A DNA stretch of 64,000 nucleotides, from NCBI GenBank assembly GCA_002104905.1, contig MCFE01000405.1:1-64000 (forward strand). The letters are read 5' to 3'. Both the position numbers and the translations under genes were made by a program. Source of the stretch: Basidiobolus meristosporus CBS 931.73. Its lineage: Eukaryota; Fungi; Basidiobolomycota. This document shows, one piece after another, positions 61,073 to 64,000 of the stretch (position 1 is the first letter of the stretch; the number at the start of each line of letters is the position of its first letter). The notes under the pieces were generated by a model. The model saw nothing but the letters and a program-made list of their open reading frames with translations. It did no database searches and was not told the origin of the DNA.

Positions 61073-61885
61073 AATATTGGACTATTTGGTATCATTCAGC
61101 AGCTAAAAATTTACTTAACAATTCCAGGCTAGTCTTAGTCACTGTAGGACTCATTTACTGCCTTAACTTTGCCACTTTCTCCAGATATATGATCTTATGA
61201 TTATTCCCCTATAGTCAGGATCAAATTAGCACTATTACCAAACATTATGTACTAACCCTGAAACTGTTACAGAATGCTCCTGAATATTGAGAAACCCTCC
61301 CTACTTAGTGTTGCAGCTGTATTACTTCTACAAAGGTATAAATACTGAGCTTCTTTATGAATAAACAACAGTTCAACTATTATCACTATTTCTTGATAAG
61401 TTCCTTATATCCAAATCACTTCTTAAATTGCAACTGTAACCAGCAGGTATTGAGATGGTACTTTTAGTTCAAATTTCAATTGCAATTTTGATGAAATTAG
61501 TGGTCAGCTGATTACCAAATCTGGTATAAGTGCCAGTCAGCCTAGTTGCCTCCTAGGAAAAGTTCCTACCTTTCTGCTCAATAGCTAGTATTGCAGATAT
61601 TGAGAACTGTCAGCTTGAGAAACTTGTAATTCAGCTGATATAATGTTGGCATTTGTTAATTATTTATCAAGGGTACTACTGTGACAGATGCTGCCTTCAA
61701 GTAACCTAAGATACAGAACTCAGCATTAGAAGCAAGGTGGGTACTCTTCATTGGTGGTCTCTTACCTCTCTCTAGAGGATTGCTCAATATAGCAGCCAAG
61801 TGCACCTTATTCTTCCCAATGAGTTGGTGGTAGTGTTAACACATATTCTGTATACAAGAGAGGCTTGTATTATTGTGTAGGGATG

Positions 61886-63097
61886 TGTGTTAATGGAAAG
61901 TATTCCATTACTACATTATCTCAAAACCAATATTGCACTCATTTCTTTATTTTGCTTTTTGCTACTGTAACATCAAGGTGAAAGATCATCAACTTACAAC
62001 TTTGAAGGACAAATACTCTAGACCCTGCCAAGCTATCCACCCAAGAATATTGTGTCATACAGAACACACAGTAGCCAACACATGTTTCAGATTACAGCTC
62101 ATTTAAAGCAGAACTTAAGGAGTTATAACCAAAAGAGTCCAATTTTAATATATACTAGGCCACTGTTGCTAGGATAATTATGGTGACTTTGATTGCATGT
62201 AACTTATGAACCAGCCAATCAAATCATGTGATATTTTCACAGGTGCTGCCCCAATGTTCAATCTGCACCACTGCTATATTTTAGCTTTGTTTCCTGTGTA
62301 TTGCTTATGTAATTGCCCAAAAACTTTGATCCCTCAGAAGTTTTATATATATGACTTCCCCAGCTGAAAAATAAAAGAGAGCCTCTCTTTCCAGAATCTC
62401 CACACTATAATCACAAGTTTAAAGGTTATAAGACTTCCCCTGCATCACTTGCACTGTGGAGTATTCTGACTTTGATTGGTACTACATCAGTAAAGACACT
62501 GCAAAGCTCACAAGAATCCAATCTAAGTTCTACAGGAAACTACCACTTTTCCGTTGGAAAAGTCCCCTCCAAGAAACCCCTTTACTCTAAAGACACCCCT
62601 TTATACACCCCTTTAGTCTAAAGACCCTTTAGAGACCCCTCAAAGAAGCCCCTTTGCTCTAAAGAAGCCCCTTTAGGCACCCCTTTAGTGTAAAGTCTAC
62701 TTTAGTGACCGCTACAAGAAGCCCCTTTACTCTAAAAACACCCCTTTAGAGACTTCTACAACAGACTCCTTTAGGTCAAAGGGGAGTTCAGGATTTACAT
62801 ATTAGAAAATGTTTTGTCAGAAAGGGAAGTGATTTCCAAATAAGGAAATATTACTATAAAAGTAAATAAGCACATTAGTCAACAAAAGGTCACAACACTG
62901 CTGTAGAAGTGAGAAACATTGCCTATGGTATATTTTTAGCCTAATTTTGAGGATACTAGTGAAAGTTATATCTTCTATTGGTATATCAAACTCCCAATAA
63001 ACTATTTCAGTGTTAGCATACTGGAAGTTGTTGTTTATTGTTGATTAGCGTTTACATTGTGGAATAAGCCCAAAACTAATCTTAATTCAACATAACA
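61886..63097 (+). mobile_element. Solo family-E gypsy LTR (1.21 kb)
   Basis: Collinear with 42003-43202; TGTG...AACA termini; perfect 4-bp TSD GATG. Confidence 0.93.
62564..62785. repeat. CCCCTTTA motif array inside the solo E LTR
   Basis: Seven perfect CCCCTTTA plus variants and an inverted AAAGGGG; unit order differs from the E1 array. Confidence 0.9.
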
Positions 63098-63779
63098 GAT
63101 GTTGCTTTGAATGACTAAGAATGCTCTGACACAGAGATCATTGGAGTATAGAATTCTCAGTCAGCAGCACTTCTGGATGCAGACCAATCCTAAGACATGC
63201 ACAATACAGCACAAATGCTACCAAAGTTAAATCTGAAATCAGACAGTTAAATAGGGCAAGGACTTCACAAGACAAACAGTTCAGAGGATCTAAAATACAA
63301 TGGAATTAATAATTGTACTGCACATTTTGCATTACATATATTTAGAAGTAATCAACATTGCCAATTTGTTCCAATTGGATTTTGACTCACATTGAAACTT
63401 ATAAGTTACTAATATATGTGAAGACTTGGGGCTAACATATCTGCCACTGGGACAAATTCACAAAGGATGCATTTGGGTTCATAGATGCAACAAATATACA
63501 TATGATTGCCAAAATGGATACAGTACAAGATTAGTTGCCAAAGGATTCCCTTGATTCAGGGAGCTAATTCTGGTAGGCTTTTGATGCTGAGGCTAGACAC
63601 AACTCTCAATGATAAGCTCTGCACTTTAACATATGCCCAGTCTCACACATTTGTCTGTTACTTTCTGTCACAAACTACAGGCTGAGTGGCTTTCACTATA
63701 AAAGGTATTTGTGATCATCCTACCAAAAGACCATCACAGAATTAAAACCCACAACCAGGCAATACTGATCTCATCAGGA

Positions 63780-64000
63780 TGCTGGGCAAAGACTGGTAAA
63801 AATCCTTCCAGATTTTGCAAAAAATTTGGTCAAGAATTTTTCTCACTACAATACATCAGCAAGATTTAATGGCTTCTCTGCCATTTCTCTCACTTTGTAA
63901 TCTCCAACACTCTAGCGCCTCTTACATATGTGTACATTGACATGCAATTAACACTCTTTCATACTCATTACTATCTGACTTAATTGATGCTCTGACTTTT
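63780..64000 (+). repeat. Diverged copy of 33960-34190 (CACTA-associated repeat)
   Basis: cagattttgcaaaaaatttggtcaag...ttctctgccatttctctcacttt parallels cagatttcacaaaaaacttggtcaaag...ttctctgccagttttctcacttt. Confidence 0.65.

Larger units (their letters stand above)
56750..61435 (+). mobile_element. Full-length Ty1/copia element B1 (4.69 kb), young but inactivated
   Basis: 369-bp LTRs 56750-57118 and 61067-61435 with ~5 differences; perfect TSD GTAAC; PBS 57119-57130; PPT GAGGGGGAG 61058-61066. Confidence 0.97.

Noticed and set aside
12700-64000. Classical CpA-targeted RIP as the cause of TE decay
   Set aside because: CpA and TpG remain abundant, CpG is the dinucleotide lost, and the linked PHO84 duplicate is unmutated. 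A minor CpA component cannot be excluded without counting.

Overview
Eukaryotic, almost certainly fungal, genomic DNA in two sharply separated compartments. Bases 1 to ~12,700 are GC- and CpG-rich and hold apparently intronless host genes: a 7-transmembrane/RGS fusion protein, a small protein of uncertain family, and a PHO84-type phosphate:H+ symporter. The symporter has a head-to-head, >99% identical inverted copy that carries a 497-bp frameshifting deletion. From ~12,700 to the end is a CpG-depleted nested transposon cluster. It holds three structurally complete Ty1/copia insertions (two LTRs plus TSD), one near-intact Ty3/gypsy element with ~99% identical LTRs, two truncated gypsy elements fused tail-to-tail, several solo LTRs and degenerate CACTA/En-Spm-like DNA transposons. 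No TE ORF set is intact. I found no rRNA, tRNA gene or CRISPR array, and I cannot claim a wholly new biological system. The strongest leads are the inverted PHO84 pair, the abrupt CpG-decay boundary that the duplicate escapes, a CCCCTTTA motif array inside one LTR family, and four distinct tRNA primer sites including Ty5-type half-tRNA priming. All alignments and counts were done by eye and need computational confirmation. Element names A0-A2, B1, C1, D, E1, F are my own labels.
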